DNA of 64,000 bases from Candidatus Uhrbacteria bacterium (GCA_030688135.1 JAUYIW010000067.1:23982-87981); one strand, 5' to 3'. Counted from the first letter of the stretch, positions 18,473-28,928 are shown. Program-made: numbers and translations. The notes: generated from the sequence alone by a model not told the origin.

Positions 18473-19553
18473 GAGTTAATAGACATTTAAAGTTGGTGAA
18501 TATCCCGTTTCTCTTCTAACTTTAGCGATAATCTGGAATACTTACGGTCGTATGATCATAAGTGGACCAAAAAAGAGATGCTCGATGTGCTCTAAAACCA
18601 TGCAGCGATGGGGTCGACATCCGTCTGGTAAACAACGCTGGAGGTGTAAGAATTGTGAGAGTTCAAGTATCCGTAGTCGCAAAGACAACCGCCACAAAAA
18701 GCGGTTGTCTTTGTTTGTGCGCTGGCTCACCAGTAAGGCGGCGTTGGATGACTTGGTAACACAAGAAGGCATCACGTTGAGAACCATGACGAGATGGTTT
18801 ACTCCATTTTGGGATCACCCACCACAACCAGACATTCAGATAGGTGTGAGGGTTCTGGTTCTCGACGGAACGTCTGTGATGAAACGAGTGTGTATGCTCC
18901 TCATTGGAGGTGATGCAGACAACGGTCGACCTGTTTCATGGATGGATTGTCCTCGAGAGTGTTACGACTCCTGGGTCGTGTTCTTGAGAGATCTTTCTTG
19001 GAGAGGCATGATCCCTGAAGTGGTCGTCTGTGACGCACAGCGTGGCCTTTTAAAGGCTATTCGTGAAATATGGCCTCAAGTGAAGGTTCAGAGATGTCTG
19101 ATCCATATCGTGAGACAAGCCTGTACTTGGTTGACTAGAAACCCTAAGACCAAAGCTGGTCGAGAGCTTCTTGCCCTGGTTAAAGAACTGCCTCGTCTCC
19201 AGACCAAGCGACAGAAACGTCGGTGGGTCAGGAATTTTTGGAGATGGTATAGACGACACGAGGCGTTTCTCAAAGAACGTAGCTACAGCCCTTCCGGAAA
19301 GTGGTGGTATACCCACCGACGGTTACGAGGCACTCGCTCACTTCTCAAAAACGCCCTGCCTGACTTGTTTCGGTTTGTGACAGACCCATCCATACCAAAA
19401 ACCTCCAACCATGTGGAAGGAGGTTTAAATGCTCGACTTAAGGAACTATTCCGCTGTCATCGAGGCTTTTCACTTCAAAGGAAACTTATTCTTGCTGCCT
19501 GGTATCTAGCATTGAGACAGGGTCAAAAACCAACTTTAAATGTCTATTAGCTC
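18473..19553 (+). mobile_element. IS256-family (IS1249-like) insertion sequence, 1081 bp
   Basis: 25-bp terminal IRs GAG(T/C)TAATAGACATTTAAAGTTGGT (24/25) and 8-bp direct repeat ATAATTTG at 18465-18472 and 19554-19561. Confidence 0.92.
18552..19550 (+). CDS. DDE transposase (Mutator/IS256 type) with N-terminal zinc ribbon
   Basis: CxxC...GKQRWRCxxC; LDG, VCDAQRGL..AI...WP.VKVQRCLIH, TSNHVEG. Confidence 0.9.
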   Translation: MIISGPKKRCSMCSKTMQRWGRHPSGKQRWRCKNCESSSIRSRKDNRHKKRLSLFVRWLTSKAALDDLVTQEGITLRTMTRWFTPFWDHPPQPDIQIGVRVLVLDGTSVMKRVCMLLIGGDADNGRPVSWMDCPRECYDSWVVFLRDLSWRGMIPEVVVCDAQRGLLKAIREIWPQVKVQRCLIHIVRQACTWLTRNPKTKAGRELLALVKELPRLQTKRQKRRWVRNFWRWYRRHEAFLKERSYSPSGKWWYTHRRLRGTRSLLKNALPDLFRFVTDPSIPKTSNHVEGGLNARLKELFRCHRGFSLQRKLILAAWYLALRQGQKPTLNVY

Positions 19554-19621
19554 ATAATTTGTAATAGTTAAGCTAATCGTTAACCGAAGACTCGCCGCCT
19601 TTCCGAGCAATCACCCAATTA

Positions 19622-19654
19622 AAATATTTTCGAAACCGGGTTTCGAAAATATTT
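19622..19654. repeat. perfect palindrome AAATATTTTCGAAACC-G-GGTTTCGAAAATATTT
   Basis: 16-bp arms; REP-like or terminator of the downstream minus gene. Confidence 0.7.
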
Positions 19655-19668
19655 GGGCATTAGGCGGT

Positions 19669-20241
19669 TTATTTCTTTCCTTGAGTCTTCTTGGACTCTT
19701 CCCCACGTAAATTTAATGGATCCATTCTCTTTACAAATCCTCCCCATGGATCACCAATAATGTTATTGAACCATTTTGCCGCACCCCAAACCTTTTGAAA
19801 AGCAATAACCCCAACAAGCGTAGCGCCTGCCGCAAAACCACCAACAACCCCCAAAGGCTTTGCTACTTTTCTTGCGCCATATTTAACCGGCGTCTCCACC
19901 ATTAGTTTTGTACCACGCGCAGCACTACCAACAACATCCATGGCCTCAGCTCCAACATTACCTGCCTTATCGAGCACGTCAACAACATTCTCTGCAAACT
20001 GAGCCTGTTCGGGATGTGCCGCTCCGTATTCAGATGTCTTCTCCCCCGCAGCTTCGAGCGCTGCATCGCGAGCCCTAGCCGCGGCTTCAAGCGCTTTTTC
20101 CTTCACCTTACCAGCCTCTACTGCTAATTCACGAGCGGCTTGTTTAGTATCATATTTTGCAATATCCAATGTTGACGCCACTGTTTTCTCAATGGTGCTT
20201 GAATCTAAATTTGGCCTTGTTTCCGGTGATCCTGGAGTCAT
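19669..20241 (-). CDS. hypothetical Ala-rich protein with C-terminal TM segment
   Basis: 190-aa ORF, helical Ala/Glu-rich, one hydrophobic stretch. Confidence 0.7.
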   Translation of the reverse strand: MTPGSPETRPNLDSSTIEKTVASTLDIAKYDTKQAARELAVEAGKVKEKALEAAARARDAALEAAGEKTSEYGAAHPEQAQFAENVVDVLDKAGNVGAEAMDVVGSAARGTKLMVETPVKYGARKVAKPLGVVGGFAAGATLVGVIAFQKVWGAAKWFNNIIGDPWGGFVKRMDPLNLRGEESKKTQGKK

Positions 20242-20342
20242 ATGTATATATACTACCTAAATCCTTGCATTTAGGCAAAAAAATGCTACTCTATATATAC
20301 GCCACATTATTTAATATGCTAGAGTTGGCCTTTTTGTAAACT

Positions 20343-21830
20343 ATGGCAAACGTAAGATCAGCAAAAACTCAATTTTCTATTCTAAAAGCAAAGCTTCCTA
20401 GCGACAGATATAGCGAGGAGGAGGTTGAGGTTATAAAACACGCGCACGAAGTTGCAAAGCAAGCGCACGAAGGCCAGACTCGCCTTACTGGTGCGCCATA
20501 TTTTGAGCATGCTTTTGGAACTGCCATGAAACTAGTTGATATGCAATTGCCATTCGAGGTTATTGCAGCCGGTCTTTTGCATGATGTGCTAGAAGACGCT
20601 GATATTAGTGAAGAGGAGATGAAAAAAGAGTTCGGCGAAGATATTACGAATTTAGTTAAAGGTGTTACAAAACTTGGACGAGTTCAGTACAGAGGGCTTG
20701 AGCGCTATGCCGAAAATCTACGTAAGATGTTTATTGCAATGGCTAAAGATGTCCGTGTAATCTTTATTAAGTTTGCAGACCGTATGCACAATATGGAAAC
20801 GCTTTATGTGTTGCCAGAACAAAAACGTAAACGAATTTCAAAAGAAGTTATGGAGATTTATGCTCCAATTGCCAACCGTCTTGGAATGGGAGAATATCGA
20901 GGACTATTTGAAGACTATGCTTTTAAATACCTGAATCCTAAGGAGTATAACTGGACTAAGCACTTACTTGAACAACGAGTTACAAAATTTGGTCCAGCAA
21001 TGAAGCAATCTCAAAAAGAAACCTTGGAAGCGCTCGAGGAAAATAAAATCTACCCTAATTCTCTTCATGGAAGAATTAAATACTGTCACAGCCTTTTTAG
21101 AAAACTCCAGCGCTATGACAATGACATCAATAAAGTATATGACATCGTTGCAATCCGCGTGATTGTAGACGACGTTACTGACTGCTACGCGGCGCTTGGA
21201 ATTATTCACGGCCTTTATACCCCGCTTGCTGGCAGGATTAAAGATTATATTTCTAGGCCAAAACCAAATGGATATAAGTCTTTGCATACTACTGTGTTTA
21301 GTGAAGATGGTTCAATTTTAGAATTCCAAATCCGCACACTTGAAATGCACGAGGAAGCGGAATACGGTGTGGCTGCTCATTGGCGATACAAAGAAGGACG
21401 AAAATTGCGTGAACGAAAAGTGAAATGGATGGAAGAATTAACCGAAATTCAAAAAGAAATTAGCGAAGGCGATCCGTTGGCAAAGATCGATGAACTTAAG
21501 CTAGATATGTTTAAGAATCGTATTTTTGTATTTTCGCCTAACGGTGATGTTTTTGATTTACCCGAAGCCTCTACCCCTGTGGATTTTGCATATGCCGTCC
21601 ACACCGATGTAGGAAATAAAGCATCGAGCGCTAAGGTGAATCATCAAATGGCAAACCTAGATGCTGTATTGAAATCTGGTGATATGGTTGAAATTACGGT
21701 TGATAAAAATCGAAAAACTCCAAACCCGGATTGGTTAAAATTTGTAAAAACCTCTCACGCCAGAAGCAAAATTAAAGAAGCTATAAAACGAAATCGAAAG
21801 TCATTTTTTGGAACGTTGATGAATCGATAG
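20343..21830 (+). CDS. RelA/SpoT (p)ppGpp synthetase/hydrolase (HD-SYNTH-TGS, no ACT)
   Basis: LLHDVLED, KFADRMHN, PKPNGYKSLHT, EFQIRT, GVAAHW.YK, TPVDFAYAVHT. Confidence 0.93.
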   Translation: MANVRSAKTQFSILKAKLPSDRYSEEEVEVIKHAHEVAKQAHEGQTRLTGAPYFEHAFGTAMKLVDMQLPFEVIAAGLLHDVLEDADISEEEMKKEFGEDITNLVKGVTKLGRVQYRGLERYAENLRKMFIAMAKDVRVIFIKFADRMHNMETLYVLPEQKRKRISKEVMEIYAPIANRLGMGEYRGLFEDYAFKYLNPKEYNWTKHLLEQRVTKFGPAMKQSQKETLEALEENKIYPNSLHGRIKYCHSLFRKLQRYDNDINKVYDIVAIRVIVDDVTDCYAALGIIHGLYTPLAGRIKDYISRPKPNGYKSLHTTVFSEDGSILEFQIRTLEMHEEAEYGVAAHWRYKEGRKLRERKVKWMEELTEIQKEISEGDPLAKIDELKLDMFKNRIFVFSPNGDVFDLPEASTPVDFAYAVHTDVGNKASSAKVNHQMANLDAVLKSGDMVEITVDKNRKTPNPDWLKFVKTSHARSKIKEAIKRNRKSFFGTLMNR

Positions 21831-21899
21831 AAGAACATTCAAAATGTTAAAGTCGATCAGATTAATTTTGACGATTAAAATAGAATCACCAGACCCGCC

Positions 21900-22990
21900 T
21901 TGTCATTACGAAGAGGCCGTTTTTCGTGACGAAGTAATCTATCTTTTCTGCCATCCTGAGGAGCTCGTAATGGATCATACGCAATTTGGGTGGAGAATGC
22001 ATAGAGGCCAAAGGTTAGCTCAACCGGTAAAAACAGCGAATCTCTTGCTTTCTACCATCTCGAACCCGACTTAACTTTCTGCTGTCGGGCGAGAGATCTT
22101 TCGAACCCCACCATCTCGAGGAGCTTGCAATCCACGACGAGAGATCTTTCGAACCCCACCATCTCGAGGAGCTTGCAATCCACGACGAGAGATCTTTCGC
22201 GGTTCGTTGAGATCTCCGAAAGATTTCTCCTCGCGACCTACAGACTCGTCGAAATGGTAACTTTCCACTTATTAAATAGATCAAACAAATCCTAACCTGG
22301 CAGATTGGACGAGTCCTCCACCCAAATTGCGTATGACCCCTAGTAATCTGCGACGAATGGATCTCTCAGTCGCTTTGCTCCTTCGAGATGGTAAAGTGCG
22401 AAAAAATTGCTTTGTCGTAAACCGCGAGCTCCTAGTAATGCGTATTTTGTCTTTGCGAGGAATCTACTTATCGTGACGAAGCAAACTCTTCGGTTAGAGT
22501 GCAGAAAGATTGCTTCGGACCGAACTGCATAGTCCTCGCAATGACGAAAAAGATCTCTCAGTCGCTTCGCTCCTTCGAGATGGTAAAGTGCGAAAAAATT
22601 GCTTTGTCGTAAACCGCGAGCTCCTAGTAATGCGTATTTTGTCTTTGCGAGGAACCTGCTTATCGTGACGAAGCAAACTCTTTGGTTAGAGTTCAGAAAG
22701 ATTGCTTCGGACCGAACTGCATAGTCCTCGCAATGACGAAAAAGATCTCTCAGTCACTTTGCTCCTTCGAGATGGTGAGAGAGAGTCGAGGGCATTCAAC
22801 TCGGTCGGGATAACAATTTAAAAACCGATCACTCGATCGGTATATTTTTGTAATATTTAGACTCTCAACTTCATTTAACAAACCTCTTCAGCATCCAGAT
22901 AGATCCTTCGTCGGCTCTACCTCCTCAGGATGTCCGGCAATGCCCTCCACCTCAGCGTCGGAATAACCCCTTCGTACATCGCATAACCTC
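21900..22990. repeat. REP/BIME-like mosaic with 48-bp and 192-bp tandem duplications
   Basis: many CATC(C/T)..GAG...GA(A/G)AGATCT palindromic units; 48-bp unit x2 at ~22090-22198; 192-bp unit starting 22360, 22552, partial 22744. Confidence 0.85.
21972..22339. mobile_element. non-autonomous MITE nested in a REP
   Basis: 24-bp TIRs GG(A/G)TCATACGCAATTTGGGTGGAG (23/24); flanking CTCGTAAT/CTAGTAAT (7/8). Confidence 0.75.
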
Positions 22991-23036
22991 TGTGTTACCT
23001 GCTTAACGATTCCTACTTACCCTAAACTACCCTCTC

Positions 23037-23894
23037 CTAATCTGTTAATCGATTCAATAACTCCTTAAGCTCTTCCTTTGAATAAAAATGAATCGTAATT
23101 TTACCGCTTCCGGCTTTCAAATCAACCGTAACCTTAGTACCAAGCGACTCACGCAAGTCAGCTTCCATCGCTGCTACATTCGGGTCAACTGCCTTGGCAA
23201 CTTTTGTTCGCGCTCCAGCCTTAGCTTCGGCCTGACGCACAGTCATTCCACCAGCCAGCATTTGCTTAAACAACTCATCCCTACGTAGAACATCGGACTC
23301 TGCGAGCAAAGTCCTAGCATGACTCTTTGTAATCTTTCCAGACGATAGTGCTTCAAGCATTTCATCGCTCAAATCAAGCAAGCGCACAGTATTTGCAACA
23401 TGAGGCCTACTCTTCCCCACTCGCTTTGCAACATCATCTTGAGATAGTGAAAACTGGTCAATAAGTGCCTGATAGGCCTGTGCTTCTTCAATAGGATTCA
23501 AATCTTGACGCTGAATATTTTCAATCAAAGCAAGTTCGAGCTTCTGCTGATCGTTAGCTCTGCGTATTACAACTGGAACCATTTTAAGCCCCAACATTCT
23601 TGAAGCACGAAGTCGTCGCTCGCCGGCAATAAGCTCATAAGTATCCTCGGCAATTCTAGTAACCACCAATGGTTGTAAAATTCCATGCTCTTTAATTGAG
23701 CTTAAAAGATCCTCCAAATCTGATGGAGAGAAAAATTTTCTCGGCTGATGTGGATTTTCTACAATTGAATCAACCGGCACCTCTGTCGGCTCTGCGCTCG
23801 CGGCACGACCAGCATCTGTTTCCGGTGGTGGTGCAATTTTCTGCGGTATAAGAGCTCCAAGCCCCCTACCGAGTCCTCCTGTTGGTTTTGTCAT
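23037..23894 (-). CDS. parB: chromosome partitioning protein ParB
   Basis: GLGRGLGALI, NPHQPR, IAGERRLRA, ENIQRQDL. Confidence 0.96.
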   Translation of the reverse strand: MTKPTGGLGRGLGALIPQKIAPPPETDAGRAASAEPTEVPVDSIVENPHQPRKFFSPSDLEDLLSSIKEHGILQPLVVTRIAEDTYELIAGERRLRASRMLGLKMVPVVIRRANDQQKLELALIENIQRQDLNPIEEAQAYQALIDQFSLSQDDVAKRVGKSRPHVANTVRLLDLSDEMLEALSSGKITKSHARTLLAESDVLRRDELFKQMLAGGMTVRQAEAKAGARTKVAKAVDPNVAAMEADLRESLGTKVTVDLKAGSGKITIHFYSKEELKELLNRLTD

Positions 23895-24019
23895 ATCGTG
23901 GGAAATTCTAAGTCCTAAATTATAAGCTCTAAAAAAATCTTAAGTTTTAAATTCAAAAATAATTTTGGATTTTGAAATTAAAATTTATTTAGGATTTAAC
24001 GTTTCTAATTTAGAGTTTA

Positions 24020-24787
24020 CTAATTCAGGTCTTCTCGCATCAAAAACTCGCGTGCGAGGCGTTCGTATGATTTTGCGGCTTTTGAATTTGGATCGTAGTG
24101 TAAAATTGATTTTCCAAAACTTGGTGCTTCGGCTAATCGAATACTACGAGGAATTACAGAGCGGAAAATCTTTTCAGGAAAATATTTGTATAGCTCCTGT
24201 AGCACTTGATTCGAAAGTTTTGTACGTGGATCAAACATTGTGATTACCGCGCCCATAATACCAAGATCGGGCTTGAGTGACTGCCGTATTAAACCAATAG
24301 TATTCATAAGCTGTCCCAACCCTTCAAGCGCGTAGTACTCAGCTTGTACTGGAATCAATACGCTGTCTGCTGCAACAAGACCGTTAATGGTGAGCATACC
24401 TAGCGTTGGTGGATTATCGATTAGCACGTAATCGTAATCGTTTCTAACTTCGAGCAAAGCCTGATGTAACTTTTTCTCTCTGTTAAACTCATTTACAAGC
24501 TCTACGCTTGCGCCAGCTAAATTAGGACCAGCTGGCAATAAAAACAAACCTTCGTGCGCAGTTGGAACAATTAAATCCTTTGTGGGATGTGTGCCTGCCA
24601 TTGCTTCGTAAGTCCCTAGCGTATCTGAAATATCATGCCCAAAGCCACTGGAAGCATTGCCCTGAGGGTCAAGATCAACCAAAAGAACAAACTTTCCAAA
24701 GTGCGCTAAATAAGCCGCCAAGTTCATTGCCGTGGTCGACTTCCCCACTCCGCCTTTCTGATTTACTACTGAAACAATATGAGCCAT
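24020..24787 (-). CDS. parA: chromosome partitioning ATPase ParA/Soj
   Basis: NQKGGVGKST, DLDPQGNA, EYYALEGL, LAEAPSFG. Confidence 0.96.
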   Translation of the reverse strand: MAHIVSVVNQKGGVGKSTTAMNLAAYLAHFGKFVLLVDLDPQGNASSGFGHDISDTLGTYEAMAGTHPTKDLIVPTAHEGLFLLPAGPNLAGASVELVNEFNREKKLHQALLEVRNDYDYVLIDNPPTLGMLTINGLVAADSVLIPVQAEYYALEGLGQLMNTIGLIRQSLKPDLGIMGAVITMFDPRTKLSNQVLQELYKYFPEKIFRSVIPRSIRLAEAPSFGKSILHYDPNSKAAKSYERLAREFLMREDLN

Positions 24788-24880
24788 AATCTTGTACTAG
24801 TATAGCACGAGAAATCTTAAATTTAAAATCATAAATCCTAAATAAATATGAGTGCCGTCTCTGACTTATTCCTTTTATTC

Positions 24881-25011
24881 CCCTGAATTACGAAACTCGA
24901 TGAGATTTGCGTGAACGGGCTGTCGATCCCGGTGAACCCTACTAAAACGTAGGGAGAACAGGGGCGACGGGCGCCCATGAACGCAAAGATCGCGAGTTTC
25001 GTAATTCAAGA
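24881..25011. mobile_element. 131-bp MITE, copy 1
   Basis: TIR TGAATTACGAAACTCG; 7-bp TSD TTTATTC; near-identical to 34819-34948 and 38074-38204. Confidence 0.85.
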
Positions 25012-25012
25012 T

Positions 25013-26245
25013 TTATTCGTATCTCAATGCCTCGATAGGGTCGAGCTTAGCAGCCCTACGTGCAGGATAGATTCCAAAAACTACACCAACAGTAGTAGCT
25101 ACAAATACTCCAAGAAAAACTGCGCTAATAGGAACCGTTGGCTCCCAGCCATCAAGATAATATCCTACTGCATAACTTGCTACAACTGAAAACACAACAC
25201 CAAGCACTACCCCAATGATTCCTCCAAACATAGTCAGAAGCACAGCCTCGAGTAAAAACTGCTGTAAAATCTCCTTGTACGTGGCGCCAACAGATTTACG
25301 CAAACCAATTTCTTTTGTACGCTCCGTTACAGAAACTAACATGATATTCATGATTCCAATTCCACCAACGACAAGCGAAATAGCAGCGATTGAAACTAAA
25401 AGCAAAGATAACACCGAACCAACAACGCCAATAATTTCAACAGCATCACTTTGAGACGAAACAAAGAAGTCATCTTTTTCAGGAACGCCTTCAGGATTGT
25501 CTAAATTGTGAGTATCACGAAGTGTGAAGCGCGCTTCATCCTTAGCGTTATCGATGTCTCCAATAGCCCTGGCTGAAATATACGTAACATGGTCCACTCC
25601 AAAAATATCTCTTTGCGCAGTTGTGATAGGTACCGCAATCTGTGTATCGAGATTTTGAAAAAATCTAGTACCCTGCTCTGGGAAGACCCCAATAACGCGC
25701 AGGCTCGTGCTTTTAATTTTTATGCGCTCACCAATAGGGTCCTGGTCACCAAATAAATCCACAGCAATCTCGCTACCAAGAACTGCTACCCGCGCATAAG
25801 AACCAACGTCAGATTCATCTAAAAATCTACCATTTAGAACTTCCGAAGGGAAAACATCAATGTATCCCTCTGTTGTTCCTATTACTTGTGTAAAAGTGCT
25901 TTCCTGCTCACGGCTTACTGTTGAAGTTGACTGCAAGATTGGAGTTATAGAAGAGAACACAGCTACTTTTTCCAGTGCATCAACGTCGTCTATATCGAGT
26001 GACCGCTCGATGAATGGATCTGGCGGACCAGCGGTTGGATCGCCAGCAGCAGGTTCAATAAAAACTAAATCAGCACCAAGATCAGCGACTTGATTCAAGA
26101 TTAGTCCTTCGGCGCTACGTCCCACAGAAAACATTATAATAACAGCAGCTATGCCAATAACAATCCCAAGAATAGTTAAAATTGACCGAGATTTATTGGT
26201 CTTAAGAGATGTTGATGAAGTTTCGAGTAAGTCAGACCATTTCAT
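25013..26245 (-). CDS. ABC transporter permease, MacB/FtsX family
   Basis: RSILTILGIVIGIAAV, VGGIGIMNIMLVSVTERTKEIGLRK, PARRAAKLDPIEALRYE. Confidence 0.93.
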   Translation of the reverse strand: MKWSDLLETSSTSLKTNKSRSILTILGIVIGIAAVIIMFSVGRSAEGLILNQVADLGADLVFIEPAAGDPTAGPPDPFIERSLDIDDVDALEKVAVFSSITPILQSTSTVSREQESTFTQVIGTTEGYIDVFPSEVLNGRFLDESDVGSYARVAVLGSEIAVDLFGDQDPIGERIKIKSTSLRVIGVFPEQGTRFFQNLDTQIAVPITTAQRDIFGVDHVTYISARAIGDIDNAKDEARFTLRDTHNLDNPEGVPEKDDFFVSSQSDAVEIIGVVGSVLSLLLVSIAAISLVVGGIGIMNIMLVSVTERTKEIGLRKSVGATYKEILQQFLLEAVLLTMFGGIIGVVLGVVFSVVASYAVGYYLDGWEPTVPISAVFLGVFVATTVGVVFGIYPARRAAKLDPIEALRYE

Positions 26246-26344
26246 AGGTGTGCGTCACAGAACTACAGACTATACAGAGCTACGGACTGACTGCCACAAT
26301 AAGTTAGTAAGTCTATAAGCCTTGTAGGCCTGTAACCAAATTTA

Positions 26345-27061
26345 TTATTTTGCAAATTTATGTGTCCTGCGCCTGCTAACAGCTTCATCTGAAACAATAT
26401 TTCCATCTCGAACTCTAACAATGCGTTTCGCAAACTCCGCAGCTTCTTGTTCATGAGTTACCATAATCACAGTATGACCTGCTTCATTCAAATTTTGAAA
26501 AATCTGTAAAATCTCAAGTCCAGATTGAGTATCTAGATTTCCAGTTGGTTCATCTGCAAAAATAATTGATGGATTATTTACAAGTGCCCTAGCGATTGCA
26601 ACACGCTGACGCTCGCCACCAGAGATTTGATTAGCAATGTGTTCTGTACGATGTCCCAACCCAACGTTTTCCAATGCCTTCTTAGCGCGCGCTATACGCT
26701 CTGGACGCGGAACTTCGGCATAGAGCATAGGAAGCATAGTGTTTTCAAGAACCGTAGTGTTAGAGATAAGATTAAAAAACTGAAATACAAATCCTACTTC
26801 GTCTCTTCGAAGATATGCTAATTCGTTGTCGCCTAATTCCGACACATCCTTACCTTTAAACCTATAGCTACCAGATGTCAGGCGATCTAGAAACCCAAGT
26901 ATATGCATAATTGTTGACTTACCTGATCCCGAAGGTCCCATAAGCGCAACAAATTCACCTTCCTCTATATCAAGAGTGACACCGTGAAGAACCGGCGTCA
27001 CTACTTCTCCATTAACATATTTTTTGGTCACGTCCTTTAATTCAATCAACGTGTTTGCCAT
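26345..27061 (-). CDS. ABC transporter ATP-binding protein, MacB/LolD family
   Basis: GPSGSGKST, SGGERQRVAIARAL, ADEPTGNLD. Confidence 0.94.
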   Translation of the reverse strand: MANTLIELKDVTKKYVNGEVVTPVLHGVTLDIEEGEFVALMGPSGSGKSTIMHILGFLDRLTSGSYRFKGKDVSELGDNELAYLRRDEVGFVFQFFNLISNTTVLENTMLPMLYAEVPRPERIARAKKALENVGLGHRTEHIANQISGGERQRVAIARALVNNPSIIFADEPTGNLDTQSGLEILQIFQNLNEAGHTVIMVTHEQEAAEFAKRIVRVRDGNIVSDEAVSRRRTHKFAK

Positions 27062-27095
27062 ACTAATAAACAATTACCAAAAGTGATTCCCGGTA

Positions 27096-28928
27096 TTAAC
27101 GAACCGTCACAATTATATCCTCCCCTTCTATAAGACCTGAAATAATTTCCACCTTTCCTTCGTCTGCTTTAAGTCCAATGTCGACTACTACTTCATCATA
27201 ATTATTTCCACGAGGAGTCCGAACATAGCGAACACCATCGCTCTCCAATACTGACCTACGAGGAACAAACAATACGTCTGCAACTTGCTCAGTTGTAATA
27301 GTAACGTCGGCCGACATTCCAGGCTTTAGTTCAAGAGGAGGGTTATCTTCTGCAAAGAAGATTCCAACTTCATAGAACACAACACCTTCAACTTTTGTTT
27401 CAGCTGGATCGATCGTTCCTACAAATCCATCAAATGATATATATTCACCAAAAGCATCGAATGTAATTGTTGCAGGATCATTTAGCGAGACCTTTGCTAT
27501 GTCAGATTCGGAAACGTCGAGCACAACCTGAAATTCATCTTCAATTGTTTGCACTGTAATGACTGACGTCGCCGGAGATGCCTGCTCGCCAATTTCGATT
27601 TCAATATTTGTTACCTTACCGTTAATTGGAGAAACAATCTCTGCCTTTGCCAAACGAGCATACGCTGCATCTAGATCGGCCTGCGACCTTCTGACATCTG
27701 CCTGATAGGCTGCTAAATCAACAGCGCGAGGATCAGCGATAAGATCGCCAAGTGTTGCTTGTGCCTTTGTAAGCGAAGCTTCTGCTTGCTCGAATGCCGC
27801 GAGCGAAGCTGCAACTTGGCTAGCTTCGGAGGCCTCAGCTTTGATTAAATCCTGTTCAGATTTTGCTAAATTGTTGCGTGCGTTATCTTCTGCGACATTG
27901 GTATCGATAATTGCATTTGCATACGATTGACGAGCGAGGAAAAATGAAGCCTCTTCATTCTGAATTTGCGTACGAGCAGAATTGATCGTAGTTTTTAGTG
28001 CCAATAAATCAGTTATTGAAAAATCAGCATCTTCTAAAATTGTCGCATCGAGAGCTTGATGAGTATAAAGAAGTGCAAGCGCCGAATCTTCAAGAGCTGT
28101 TTCAAGAAATTCAGCCGCTGCGTTAACATCAGTATCATCGGAATCTGCGCTTAACACAAAAACCGCATCCTCTGCAATGTCCCGACTAGCGCGAGCAAAG
28201 CCAAAATATCTGTTCGCGTGATATAAAGTAGAAGGATCAGCTGACGCAAGCATATCGAAAAAATCAATATTCAAGAGTCCATTTTCGATTCCTAAAACTT
28301 GATCAGCTTCGGAAAGTCCTGCGCGTATCTCTATCGTTGCCGACTTCATTGCGTTTACATAATCTTCCTTAGTGTCAGATAAATCTTGAATGTTTGAAGC
28401 AAGCACGTTAGCTAAGTCATCTTCTTTAGTATCAAGTGCAATTTCTGCAATTCGCACTGTTGCTGCCTCTGTTGCTTGAATGTGAGTGTAATCTGATTCT
28501 GCGGCAGAGAGCGCAACTTCTGCAATAGTGATGTCTGCCATTTTTACAGCAATAGCTTCTGAACCTGCTCCGGCTAATTCGAGATTTAGATTAGCATGAG
28601 CAATATCTAGCGCCTGCTCTGCCTGCCTAGCCTGAGCTCCGAGTTCATCAGCCTCCAAAACTGCCAAGTAATCTCCTATCGCAACCTCATCGCCGACATC
28701 TACAAAGATCTCTTCTACATTACCGGAAATTTGAAAAGATAGTTCAACTTTATCAAGCGATTCCAATTCTCCAGTTGCCTCAACTGTTTGTATTAGATTT
28801 CCACGAGTAACTTTATCTAGTACAAACTCTTGACCGCTCCCCTGTCTAGTTAGAACAAAAATTGCAATCACAACAATTATAACAATCACGCCAGTAACCG
28901 ATAGCCATAGCTTTTTAGGTAATTTCAT
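27096..28928 (-). CDS. membrane-fusion/periplasmic adaptor (MacA/HlyD family) with long coiled coil
   Basis: N-terminal TM, lipoyl halves (GNVEEIFVDVGDEV, IVSPINGKV), LKPGMSADV. Confidence 0.88.
   Translation of the reverse strand: MKLPKKLWLSVTGVIVIIVVIAIFVLTRQGSGQEFVLDKVTRGNLIQTVEATGELESLDKVELSFQISGNVEEIFVDVGDEVAIGDYLAVLEADELGAQARQAEQALDIAHANLNLELAGAGSEAIAVKMADITIAEVALSAAESDYTHIQATEAATVRIAEIALDTKEDDLANVLASNIQDLSDTKEDYVNAMKSATIEIRAGLSEADQVLGIENGLLNIDFFDMLASADPSTLYHANRYFGFARASRDIAEDAVFVLSADSDDTDVNAAAEFLETALEDSALALLYTHQALDATILEDADFSITDLLALKTTINSARTQIQNEEASFFLARQSYANAIIDTNVAEDNARNNLAKSEQDLIKAEASEASQVAASLAAFEQAEASLTKAQATLGDLIADPRAVDLAAYQADVRRSQADLDAAYARLAKAEIVSPINGKVTNIEIEIGEQASPATSVITVQTIEDEFQVVLDVSESDIAKVSLNDPATITFDAFGEYISFDGFVGTIDPAETKVEGVVFYEVGIFFAEDNPPLELKPGMSADVTITTEQVADVLFVPRRSVLESDGVRYVRTPRGNNYDEVVVDIGLKADEGKVEIISGLIEGEDIIVTVR

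Noticed and set aside
21844-22676. Short ORFs with repeated peptides (21844-22074, 22015-22284, 22071-22268, 22494-22676)
   Set aside because: Translations of tandem non-coding repeats
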